DNA from: Desulfomicrobium sp.
GTDB taxonomy: Bacteria > Desulfobacterota > Desulfovibrionia > Desulfovibrionales > Desulfomicrobiaceae
Length of the DNA: 64,000 bases
Reading direction: 5' to 3'
Assembly (NCBI GenBank): GCA_041690155.1
Contig: JAWLHW010000002.1
Span: forward strand, 2,996-66,995
This document shows, one piece after another, positions 1 to 8,515 of the stretch (position 1 is the stretch's first letter; each line of letters starts with the position of its first letter). The notes under the pieces are model-generated. The model had not been told where the DNA came from and ran no database searches. It saw nothing but the letters and a program-made list of their open reading frames with translations. The position numbers and the translations under genes are program-made.

Positions 1-229
1 CCATGGCTTCAGTGGGACAGGCCTCCACACAGGCTGGATCTTCACAATGATAGCAACTCCGGAAAGATGCCTTCATCACAATCTTGCCATCTTTAAGTTC
101 CGGCTTTCCGGAAGTGTGCACTGCGTATTTGATTCCGACGGGATTATTATTCTTGACCTTGCAGTGCACTTCACAGGCTTTGCAGTGAATGCAACGCTTC
201 TTGTCCAGCTTCATTCTGTAATTACTCAT
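1..229 (-). CDS. 4Fe-4S dicluster electron-transfer subunit (PhsB/PsrB/DmsB-like), 3' end runs off the window
   Basis: Manual translation MSNYRMKLDKKRCIHCKACEVHC...SCYHCEDPACVEACPTEAM shows two ferredoxin Cys motifs. It starts 9 nt after the Mo-subunit stop and is absent from the ORF track because it is truncated. Confidence 0.9.
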   Translation of the reverse strand, partial: MSNYRMKLDKKRCIHCKACEVHCKVKNNNPVGIKYAVHTSGKPELKDGKIVMKASFRSCYHCEDPACVEACPTEAM

Positions 230-238
230 CGCTGCCCC

Positions 239-2326
239 CTAGATTTTGCGCACGCCGACAAAATGTTCCTGCATGGAGAGACATCCGCCACCCTTGTCCC
301 AGCTTTCAAGGCCGCCGGGCATGAGTTCATGGTCGGCTGCGCCCTTGCCGATGGCCCTGGATTCAACGGGCAGCTTGTGCCCGAATCCGTGAACCATGAA
401 GAGGGCTTCCGGATGCACGCAATCGGTTACGAAAGCCCGGATTCTGCCGCTTTCGCCCCTGACGGAAAAGACCTCGACCATGTCGCCGTCGGCAATGCCC
501 ATCTCTTCGGCGCGACTGGTATGAATCCAGGCCACGTTCTCGGGCATCTGTTCGGCTAGGAGAGGGTTGTTGACCGTGTGCCCCTGGGTGTGCACGCCAA
601 TCCGGCCAAACGTGATGCGGAACATGCCCTGTGGCGGATGGGCCGGAGACGTGTACGGCGGCAGGGTATCGTGCCCGGCCTTGGCCCATTTGCCGCTCGA
701 CATCTCGATCTTGCCTGAAGGAGTCGGCAGCGTGATCTCGGACATGGGGCGATACAGGGGCTTGTCGGCCAGCTCCACAAAGCCCTTGGCCTTGAAATCG
801 TCGATGCTGACGCCCGTGTCCTGCAACTGGTAGTTCCAGAGATCCTCGATGGTTTCAAAAGCCAGCGGATCAAGACCCAGACGTTTGGCCAGGCCGCAGA
901 TGATCTCCCAGTCGGCCCTGGAGTCAAAGGTCGGTTCCTGGGCGCGGTGGCGGACAAAGAACTGGGGCTTGAGTCCCGACTTGCCGGCGATGATGCTCTC
1001 GCGCGCCAGGTAGGTCGACAAGGGCAGGACTACGTCCGAATTCCAGGCCGTGTCGGACCAGGAGAAGGTGACGCTGACCAAAAGATCCAGCTTTTCCCAC
1101 TTCTTCTTCAAAGCTTCGGGGTCGGGCATGGCCATGAGCGGATCATGCCGGAAACACAGATAGGCCCTGACGGGATAGGGTTCGCTCGTGACGATGGCGT
1201 CGTAGGCGAGATTGACAAGGCCCGGGCCGCCGTCGAACTGCGGATATTTCCAACCCACGCCGTCGGCCCGCTTTTCTTCCGGCTTGGGAAAAAGATCGAC
1301 CAGTTTCTTCAAACCCTTGCGGCCCACTTCCTTGGCTGCGTTGACAAAAGGCAGGCCGCCCTTGGCACCGATGGAGCCGAGCAGAGCATTGATGATGTAC
1401 GCCGTGCGGCAGACTTGGAAGGAATCGTTGTAACGGGCGACCATCCAGCCGGGATGCCAGACCACGCTGGGCGCTGCGGCAGACAACTGGCGGGCCAGAT
1501 CGACGATGGCCTCGGCCGAAGCGCCGGTTTCGGCGGCGGCCCACTCGGGCGTGTAGGGTTTGACGAATTCTTTGAGCTGCTCGAATCCTTCCACGAACTG
1601 CTCGACGTATTCCTTGTTGTAGAGACCCTCGTAAATGAGGGCGTGAATGACGGCGAGGTTGAAGCCGTAGTCCGTGCCCGGGCGGATGAGAAAGAAATTG
1701 TCGGCCTTGCTCGCACTGACGTTGCCGCGAATGTCGATCACGGTCAGCTTTGCGCCTCCGGCGATTCCGTCCAGGGCCGCGTTGACTTCGGCCACATTGA
1801 TGGCCTCCATGATATTGCGGGTCTGGAGGATGATATGCTTGGCGTTGCGCAGGTCATAGGCCACCATCTTGCGGCCCACGCCGATGACGGACTGCGCGCC
1901 GTGCTGCACATTGCGGGCGCAGGAGGCGTCATGGTTGCAATAGTTGGGCGAGCCGATGCCGCGCATGAAGGCCTGGTGCAAGTCTGGAAAAGGGCCGCCA
2001 CGGTCGGACCACAGCACCGAGCGGGGCCCGTGCTCTGCCATGATGCCCTTTAACTTGTCGGCCACATAGTCCAGGGCCTCGTCCCAGGACACGGCCTTCC
2101 ATTTGCCTTCGCCGCGTTCGCCCACCCTGATGAGCGGCGTCTGCGGCTTTTCCGGATCCTGCTCCAGAGCGATGCCGGCCGCTCCGCGGGCGCACAGGCC
2201 CTTTTTGAGCGGAGAAAATTCATTTCCCTGGATGCGTACGGCTTTGCCGTCCTGCACGTCCACCTGGATTGGGCAGCGCACGGTGCACATGCCACAGACA
2301 CTGAACACAGAGTTTGTTGCCGTCAT
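239..2326 (-). CDS. Molybdopterin oxidoreductase catalytic subunit, thiosulfate/polysulfide reductase (PhsA/PsrA) family
   Basis: N-terminal FS0 motif CGMCTVRC...LCARG, probable Mo-ligand Cys in NHDASC, and C-terminal molybdopterin-dinucleotide domain (HTQGHT). Start placed at MTATNS behind GGGAG; 2332 is an alternative. Confidence 0.88.
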   Translation of the reverse strand: MTATNSVFSVCGMCTVRCPIQVDVQDGKAVRIQGNEFSPLKKGLCARGAAGIALEQDPEKPQTPLIRVGERGEGKWKAVSWDEALDYVADKLKGIMAEHGPRSVLWSDRGGPFPDLHQAFMRGIGSPNYCNHDASCARNVQHGAQSVIGVGRKMVAYDLRNAKHIILQTRNIMEAINVAEVNAALDGIAGGAKLTVIDIRGNVSASKADNFFLIRPGTDYGFNLAVIHALIYEGLYNKEYVEQFVEGFEQLKEFVKPYTPEWAAAETGASAEAIVDLARQLSAAAPSVVWHPGWMVARYNDSFQVCRTAYIINALLGSIGAKGGLPFVNAAKEVGRKGLKKLVDLFPKPEEKRADGVGWKYPQFDGGPGLVNLAYDAIVTSEPYPVRAYLCFRHDPLMAMPDPEALKKKWEKLDLLVSVTFSWSDTAWNSDVVLPLSTYLARESIIAGKSGLKPQFFVRHRAQEPTFDSRADWEIICGLAKRLGLDPLAFETIEDLWNYQLQDTGVSIDDFKAKGFVELADKPLYRPMSEITLPTPSGKIEMSSGKWAKAGHDTLPPYTSPAHPPQGMFRITFGRIGVHTQGHTVNNPLLAEQMPENVAWIHTSRAEEMGIADGDMVEVFSVRGESGRIRAFVTDCVHPEALFMVHGFGHKLPVESRAIGKGAADHELMPGGLESWDKGGGCLSMQEHFVGVRKI

Positions 2327-2596
2327 GGCCATCTCCCGCTGATAAGGCGCGAAACCCGAAATCAGGCCCCGCTGATGGTTATTCAATATGATTTTTCGTC
2401 ACTACCTGCAGACGGGCGCTAAAGAAAACACACCTCGACTATGGTCTTTTTTTCACAAGCAGCGCTTGGGCAAGCATTCATTCTAGCCTGTTTTTTTTTC
2501 GACGCTTGTATCACTTTCGCGTAACTCATATCTTTCTGCCCGCAAAAAAGCCTGCCCTGGCATTGCGAACCCGAAAAACAGAAATACAAACCACCT

Positions 2597-4015
2597 CTAT
2601 TTTTCAAGCGCGGACTTTGCGCCGATCAGCGTCAACCCGCGAACCTTTTCCAGGAAATCATCCCGGCCCACATCGCCCCGCTCCTCTCCCGGTCGCAAGG
2701 TTGAGATGACAAGACGGCCGACCACGGCCCGCCCTTCGGTCCCATCGGGCAAGGTAGTGCGCACGCCCCAAAGATTGTGCAGCAGGAGCGGCTCGCCCCG
2801 GCCATCCATACCGAGATACAGCCCGATATGTCCCGGCAGCCAGACAAGCGAGGCAAACGGCACACCCTGCGTGCGGATAACATGGAGCTTGGCCTCTACA
2901 TCCATTCCCTCCAGAGAAATAAGTTCTCCGCCATGCCGGGCCTGCTGCGAGGAATTGCGCGGCAGCCAGATGCCAAACGGCAGGAACAGGTCGCGCATGT
3001 TAGAAGAGCAGTCCCGATTCTCGAACATGCCTCCCCACCCGTACAGCTGTCCGGCCATGGCATCGGCCAATTCCGCCACCGAACGCGACGTCAGCGGCAG
3101 GGGCATGCGCGATGCCAGCGGATAGCCGAGCTCGGCCAGGGCAATTTTCGCCTGTCCGGCAGCGTCCCGAACCGGAACCTTGACCATGAAGCCCTGACCG
3201 CTGCGGGAATCAAGGGGAAAGATGGCCCCGATATGGGTCTGGCCCAGAAACAGGCCCTGCCCGACAAGCGAGGTCTCGTCCTTGCGCAGGGCTACCATGG
3301 CTTTTGATTCGTAGTGCGCGCAAAAACTCCTGTCCGTCAGCGCCACATCCTCATTGCGCACCCACCCGCTGGCAAAGGCCGTCTCTGCATAATACCAGGC
3401 ATGGTCCAACGACACGTGGGTGATGAAGAGAGGCGTGCCCATCCACACGGCGGTGTTCTGAAAATAATCAAAAGGAAAACCTTCGCCGGGCTGCGCCGGA
3501 TCCAGGAAAAACGGGCGGGTCGAGGGCAGCACCCGCAAGGCGGTGTTGCGCACGGTAATGGCCGCAGCGCTTAAAGACGGATAGGAGGGCAGATCCTGCA
3601 AGGCCACGACATGCACCCACCTGTCCTGGGGATACGGCTGCAGATTTTCGGCATAGCCCTGCTTGGAACCGAGGCTGCGCACGCCCCAGGTAATGTCTTG
3701 TGCGGACAATGATGCGCGGACCTGCTTCCACGGCGCAAAAAAACGCTCCAGGGCCCGCTCATGCATTGCGACCTGCACCGCCGGGGCCAGCAGCGGGTCA
3801 TCCGATATCTGCACGGCCTGACTGGCCCGCTGCGGCACATCAAGAACAATCTTGGAAAGCAACTCCGAGCGTAGCGGTGCCTCGTCCGTCTCCACCTGCG
3901 CAGGCCCGGAGTCAGGCTTGGGCTCGGGCCGGGGCTTGCCCGCGCAGGCGCTCAGGAGCGCGATGCAAACTGCAACCCACATCCCGAAAAGCAGACCTCG
4001 CAAAATTCTTTTCAT
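2597..4015 (-). CDS. NlpC/P60 peptidoglycan endopeptidase lipoprotein with SH3-like domains
   Basis: Lipobox LSAC; catalytic region YGWGG...RDCSS, LPRNS, GHIGLY. Confidence 0.88.
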   Translation of the reverse strand: MKRILRGLLFGMWVAVCIALLSACAGKPRPEPKPDSGPAQVETDEAPLRSELLSKIVLDVPQRASQAVQISDDPLLAPAVQVAMHERALERFFAPWKQVRASLSAQDITWGVRSLGSKQGYAENLQPYPQDRWVHVVALQDLPSYPSLSAAAITVRNTALRVLPSTRPFFLDPAQPGEGFPFDYFQNTAVWMGTPLFITHVSLDHAWYYAETAFASGWVRNEDVALTDRSFCAHYESKAMVALRKDETSLVGQGLFLGQTHIGAIFPLDSRSGQGFMVKVPVRDAAGQAKIALAELGYPLASRMPLPLTSRSVAELADAMAGQLYGWGGMFENRDCSSNMRDLFLPFGIWLPRNSSQQARHGGELISLEGMDVEAKLHVIRTQGVPFASLVWLPGHIGLYLGMDGRGEPLLLHNLWGVRTTLPDGTEGRAVVGRLVISTLRPGEERGDVGRDDFLEKVRGLTLIGAKSALEK

Positions 4016-4100
4016 GTTTCCCGATCCATGGGTTGTTGAACAAAAATCATCCCGTCCGGCACCCGTGTGCGACGGACTCTCTTTTCACGCCTCGCTGTGC

Positions 4101-4976
4101 TCAATACACCTTGCGCCGTGAAAAACCCTTGCCGATGACATTGAAGGTATTCTCGAAAATGACGAAAGCTTCGGGGTCCAGCGTGAAAATCAACTCCTCA
4201 AGCTTTTTCTGCTGCACGTTGTTGACCACGGTCATGACCACCTGCTTTGGCTGACCGGTGTATCCTCCGCGTCCCTCCAGCAGGGTCACTCCACGATTGG
4301 CGCTCTTGATGATGGCATCCGAAATGGTCTGGGCATGATCGGAGATGATGAACACAAGCTTGCGCTGGTTGAACATGCTGAGCACATAATCCATGATCTG
4401 GCTGGTCACGAAAACCATGATCAGGGAATAGAGCACCATGTCCGTTTCCAGCAGCGTGAAGCTGACCGTGAACAGGGCCGCATTGAAGGCAAAGCTGACC
4501 TGTCCGATGCGGAACCCGAAACGCTGGTGCAGGAGGATGCCGAGGATGTCCAGGCCGCCGGAAGAACCCAGGGAGCGCATGCTTATTCCTGCCCCCGCTC
4601 CGAGAATGGCGCCACCGGCAATGGCTGCCAGCAGACTATCGTGCACGGGGAGAGTAAAGGTGATGAGCTCCATGCACGTGGTGATGGCACACATGCCGTA
4701 GGCTGTGTACAGCACGAATCTGCCGCTGATCATGACCCAGCCGATCACGGCGATGGGAATGTTCAAAAGCAGGAGCCACAGCCCCGGAGTCAGAACGTCC
4801 GCGAAATAGTAGATCAGCAGGGCTATGCCCGACACTCCGCCGGTCACGAAACCGTGGGGCACGGCCACGGATTTGATGGCCATGGCGACAAGAAAGCTGC
4901 CCACTGTCAAAAGGAAGATATTCCAGGGTATGGAATAGGCGTAGAGACGTAGTTTGGAGTTCATGAAAGCCAACAT
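4101..4976 (-). CDS. YitT family membrane protein
   Basis: GGVSGIA and GSSGGLDIL motifs, multiple TM helices, C-terminal RGVT..G.GGYTG...DPEAF domain. Start may be 4964. Confidence 0.9.
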   Translation of the reverse strand: MLAFMNSKLRLYAYSIPWNIFLLTVGSFLVAMAIKSVAVPHGFVTGGVSGIALLIYYFADVLTPGLWLLLLNIPIAVIGWVMISGRFVLYTAYGMCAITTCMELITFTLPVHDSLLAAIAGGAILGAGAGISMRSLGSSGGLDILGILLHQRFGFRIGQVSFAFNAALFTVSFTLLETDMVLYSLIMVFVTSQIMDYVLSMFNQRKLVFIISDHAQTISDAIIKSANRGVTLLEGRGGYTGQPKQVVMTVVNNVQQKKLEELIFTLDPEAFVIFENTFNVIGKGFSRRKVY

Positions 4977-5118
4977 GCCGCGTTTAAGGAAAATGTCCAG
5001 CTTTTACCGCTGCAGCTCCGCAAATCCCGGGCCCGCCCGAACAAGCGTGTGAAGCTTTTCTTGTCCTGCCGCCCTCCCCTGCGCTACGTTGCCGAAAATC
5101 CATCTTTTGGAGCACCCC

Positions 5119-7554
5119 ATGAGCATTCCAGTTGCCACCCATATTGATTTTACGGCCATGACCCAGATTTTTGCCGAGGCCCAACGCATGGGGCGAGACC
5201 TCCTCTACGAGCACGAGGTGTACAGCCTGCTTCGGAATCTGGGCTCCGAGACGCCGCCGCGCAGCCTCCTGCTCCAGGCCGGAACGCGACCCTCGGACGA
5301 GGAACTGAGTGCCCTGCCCGGGGACAGGGTCGTGCTCAAGATCGTCTCGCCCTACATCGTGCACAAGAGCGATGTCGGCGGCGTGCGCATCATCCCAAAA
5401 CATCCGGACAAGATTCGCTCCACCTGGCGACGCATGATGTACGAGGTGGCAGAAAACTACGCCGACCGCATCGAGCGCCGCCCCGCCCATGCTCCGGCGC
5501 ACTACCAGGGACTGACCGGCGATGCACTGGTTTCGGCCATCTCCCAGGACATCCAGGGCGTGCTCCTGGTGCAGTTCATTCCGCCGGATGCCACCTCTTT
5601 CGGGAACGAACTCATCGTCGGCCTGCGCGCCACACGCGAGTTTGGCATGGTCCTCACCGCCGGAGTGGGCGGCACGGACACGGAGCTTCTTGCTGACAAT
5701 TTCCGCAAGAACCGCAGCATTGTCTCGGCCTCGACCGAACTCAACGACGGCGAGTCCTTTTTTGAACTCTTCAGGCGCACCGTGGCCTACAAGGTCCTGG
5801 CCGGAAAAACGCGCGGCCAGAAGCGCGTGGTCGCCGATGAACAGCTTATCGAATGCTTCTCGGCCTTCATCAAGGTCGGCAATCATTTCTCGCCCACCTG
5901 TGCCGAAGCCCCGTTCGTCATCGAAGAACTCGAGATCAACCCCTTCGCCTTTTCGGACTTCATGATGGTGCCGCTTGACGGGATGTGCCGCTTTTCTCTG
6001 CCGCAAAAGACCCTCGTCGCCCCCCGCCCCGTGCAAAAGATCCATACCCTGCTGCACCCGGCCCGCATCGGCCTGGTCGGAGTGTCCACATCCCGCCAGA
6101 ACTTTGGGCGCGTCATCCTGCAAAACGTCCTGGCCCACGGTTTTCCGGCCGCCAACATGACCATCATCCACCCGGCCGCCACGGAAATCGACGGAGTTGC
6201 GTGCGTGCGCGAGTTGTCTTTTCTGGAGGAGCCGGTGGACCTCTTCGTGGTGGCCGTGGCGGCTGAAAATCTGCCGGAACTGATCGAGGAGATCATGAGC
6301 AGCAAAAAGGCCGCGTCCGTGCTGCTCATCCCGGGCGGCCTGGGCGAAACACCGGACAGCAAAGCCATGGCCGAAAAGATCATGGCCCTGATGAACGAAG
6401 GCCACAGGCAAGGCGACGGCCCAATCTTCCTGGGCGGCAATTCCATGGGCGTCATTTCCCACCCTGGGAACTTTGACACCTGGTTCATCCCCGAAAAAAA
6501 ACTGCCCAAGGGGCGGGGACAGCACCATCGCAACTCCGCCTTCATCAGCCAGTCCGGAGCGTTCATGGCCACACGCATGAGCCGCACCCCGGAGCTGGAC
6601 CCGGCCTATCTCATCTCCATCGGCAACCAGAACGACCTGACCCTGGGCGACTTCATGGCCTACTTCAAGACTCATCCGGACACGGACGTGGTTGGAGTCT
6701 ACTGCGAAGGCTTCAATGACCTCGACGGCGTACACTTTACCCGCGCCGTGCGGCAGGCGGTCCTGGCCGGCAAGGAAATCGTCTTCTACAAGGCCGGACG
6801 CACGCCCGAGGGCAAGACCGCCACATCGAGCCACACGGCCTCGCTGGCGGGAGACTACACGGTCTGCGAATCCTGCCTGACCCAGGCCGGGGCCATGGTG
6901 GCCAGATCCTTTAACCAGTTCACCGAACTCTACATGCTGGCCAAGGGGCTGCATGGCAAAACCATTGCCGGAAACCGCGTGGCCGCCGTTTCCACGGCCG
7001 GATACGAGGCGGTGGGCATGGCCGACAATATCACGGCTGACGACTTCGAGCTGCGCATGGCCACATTCCGTCCCGCGACAAGGCAGCGCATCGCCAAGGC
7101 TCTGGAGGCCTGCGGGCTCGACCGACTGGTCGAGGTCAAGAACCCGCTGGACATGAATCCGGCGGCTACTGACGGACTCTTTACGGAGGTAGTGGAGGCG
7201 CTGGCGGCGGACCCGGGCGTGGATCTGGCCGTCATCGGCATGATTCCGCTCACTCCGTCCCTGTCTTCACTCGACATGGACGCAAGCCAGAACATCGCCG
7301 AGCGCATCGGCGCCATCGCTCGGCACAGCCCCAAGCCCATCGTGGCCGTGGTCGACGGCGGAGAGATGTACAACCCCTTCGCGGCCATGCTGCGCGAACG
7401 GGGCATGCCCGTCTTCAGGGACGCGGACCGGGCCGTTCGGGCCCTGGGGCTTTATGTCCAGGCCCGGCTTGGTGCGGAAAACCTGCGCAGCAGGAGAGGA
7501 GGGAATGTCGAAGAAAAAAAGGCTAGTCCTCTGCGCTCCGACGCAGATTCTTGA
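5119..7554 (+). CDS. Acyl/acetate-CoA ligase (NDP-forming), fused with ATP-grasp domain first
   Basis: N-terminal VVLKIVSP.IVHKSDVGGV and ELEINP (ATP-grasp), then CoA-binding domain, GGNSMG, SQSG, and phospho-His motif SHTASLAG. GGAG lies upstream of ATG 5119. Confidence 0.9.
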   Translation: MSIPVATHIDFTAMTQIFAEAQRMGRDLLYEHEVYSLLRNLGSETPPRSLLLQAGTRPSDEELSALPGDRVVLKIVSPYIVHKSDVGGVRIIPKHPDKIRSTWRRMMYEVAENYADRIERRPAHAPAHYQGLTGDALVSAISQDIQGVLLVQFIPPDATSFGNELIVGLRATREFGMVLTAGVGGTDTELLADNFRKNRSIVSASTELNDGESFFELFRRTVAYKVLAGKTRGQKRVVADEQLIECFSAFIKVGNHFSPTCAEAPFVIEELEINPFAFSDFMMVPLDGMCRFSLPQKTLVAPRPVQKIHTLLHPARIGLVGVSTSRQNFGRVILQNVLAHGFPAANMTIIHPAATEIDGVACVRELSFLEEPVDLFVVAVAAENLPELIEEIMSSKKAASVLLIPGGLGETPDSKAMAEKIMALMNEGHRQGDGPIFLGGNSMGVISHPGNFDTWFIPEKKLPKGRGQHHRNSAFISQSGAFMATRMSRTPELDPAYLISIGNQNDLTLGDFMAYFKTHPDTDVVGVYCEGFNDLDGVHFTRAVRQAVLAGKEIVFYKAGRTPEGKTATSSHTASLAGDYTVCESCLTQAGAMVARSFNQFTELYMLAKGLHGKTIAGNRVAAVSTAGYEAVGMADNITADDFELRMATFRPATRQRIAKALEACGLDRLVEVKNPLDMNPAATDGLFTEVVEALAADPGVDLAVIGMIPLTPSLSSLDMDASQNIAERIGAIARHSPKPIVAVVDGGEMYNPFAAMLRERGMPVFRDADRAVRALGLYVQARLGAENLRSRRGGNVEEKKASPLRSDADS

Positions 7555-7936
7555 GACGCGACTGCCTGGCCTTGGAGGCAAGACGCCTCTCCTTGGAGGC
7601 CCGGGTCGGCTTGGTGGCCCGGCGGGGCTTGGGGCGCACGGCGGCCTGAGACACCATGTGCGCCAGACGTTCCAGGGCCGCCTTGCGGTTGCCCTCCTGG
7701 GTGCGATGCGATTCGGCCCGAATGACCAGCTCTTTCTCCACGGTGATTCGCCGGCCGGCCAGTGCCTCAAGGCGGGCCAGCCCGTCCTCGTCCAGGCCGC
7801 GAATGGCATCCAGACGAACACGCAGCCGGACAGCCGTGGATACTTTGTTCACATTCTGGCCACCGGGGCCGGAGGAGCGGATAAATTCGAGGCGGATATC
7901 CTCGTCTTCGATATGTACGCGGGGTGTGATGAACAT
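7523..7936 (-). CDS. arfB: Alternative ribosome rescue peptidyl-tRNA hydrolase ArfB (YaeJ)
   Basis: RSSGPGGQNVNKVSTAV GGQ motif and basic tail PKPRRATKPTRASKERRL. Confidence 0.93.
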   Translation of the reverse strand: MFITPRVHIEDEDIRLEFIRSSGPGGQNVNKVSTAVRLRVRLDAIRGLDEDGLARLEALAGRRITVEKELVIRAESHRTQEGNRKAALERLAHMVSQAAVRPKPRRATKPTRASKERRLASKARQSRLKNLRRSAED

Positions 7937-7975
7937 GTGGGACTTGTTAGCGAAAATATTGATGTTCCGAAAGCG

Positions 7976-8002
7976 AAAAGGGCGGCCAAAGCCACCCTTT
8001 TC
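7976..8002. terminator. Intrinsic terminator (possibly bidirectional) after the HesB-like gene
   Basis: AAAAGGGCGGC-CAAA-GCCACCCTTTT. Confidence 0.6.
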
Positions 8003-8023
8003 ACGCTTGATTCCTGTCTTCTG

Positions 8024-8344
8024 TCAGCCGCAGCTTCCGCCGCAGCCGCAGGAAGAGCAGCCGCCCTCGGCTTCCGGAAAAACCATGCTCGATTCCACGG
8101 TAAAACCCATGTTCTGGTCAAAGACAACCGTCATGGGTTTGGCCTGCTCGAACAGGTCTCCCTCGACCAGGAAGGAGTATCCGTCCACGTCGAAGGTCTG
8201 ATCGTTGTCTTTCTTCTCGTCCAGGGCCAGCCCGAGTCGGGGTCCGCCGCAGCCGGAAGCCAGGTATATACGAATGGGTTCCTTGTCCTTGCCGCCGAAA
8301 TGCTCATCCAGCTGCGCCTTTGCCGCCGGTTGGAGAGTAAACAT
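8024..8344 (-). CDS. IscA/HesB family protein (Cys form of the HesB-like selenoprotein family)
   Basis: IRIYLASGCGGPRLGLALDE and C-terminal GGCSSCGCGGSC; GGAGG RBS. Confidence 0.88.
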   Translation of the reverse strand: MFTLQPAAKAQLDEHFGGKDKEPIRIYLASGCGGPRLGLALDEKKDNDQTFDVDGYSFLVEGDLFEQAKPMTVVFDQNMGFTVESSMVFPEAEGGCSSCGCGGSCG

Positions 8345-8465
8345 AGATGCCTCCTATAGTTTGAATAGGTGAAATAGTAACTCCGACAAAACATATGTCA
8401 ACACCTGCGGCATCGAACAGATGGGCTCCGGCACGAATACGTGACTTCCCCGCCTCGCAAAGGTC

Positions 8466-8493
8466 AAAAAAAACGGGCTTCGGGCCCGTTTTT
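8466..8493 (-). terminator. Intrinsic terminator after the GAF/GGDEF/PilZ gene
   Basis: AAAAAAAACGGGC-TTCGG-GCCCGTTTTT on +, giving a hairpin plus U8 on the - strand. Confidence 0.7.
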
Positions 8494-8515
8494 CTCAACC
8501 TGAAACTTTAGGCTT

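Noticed and set aside
4984-6954. 656-aa antisense ORF, and similar ones at 947-2053, 38717-40231, 42984-44357, 54628-55887 and 59318-60550
   Set aside because: Shadow ORFs on the strand opposite clearly identified genes in high-GC DNA, with no recognisable domains.
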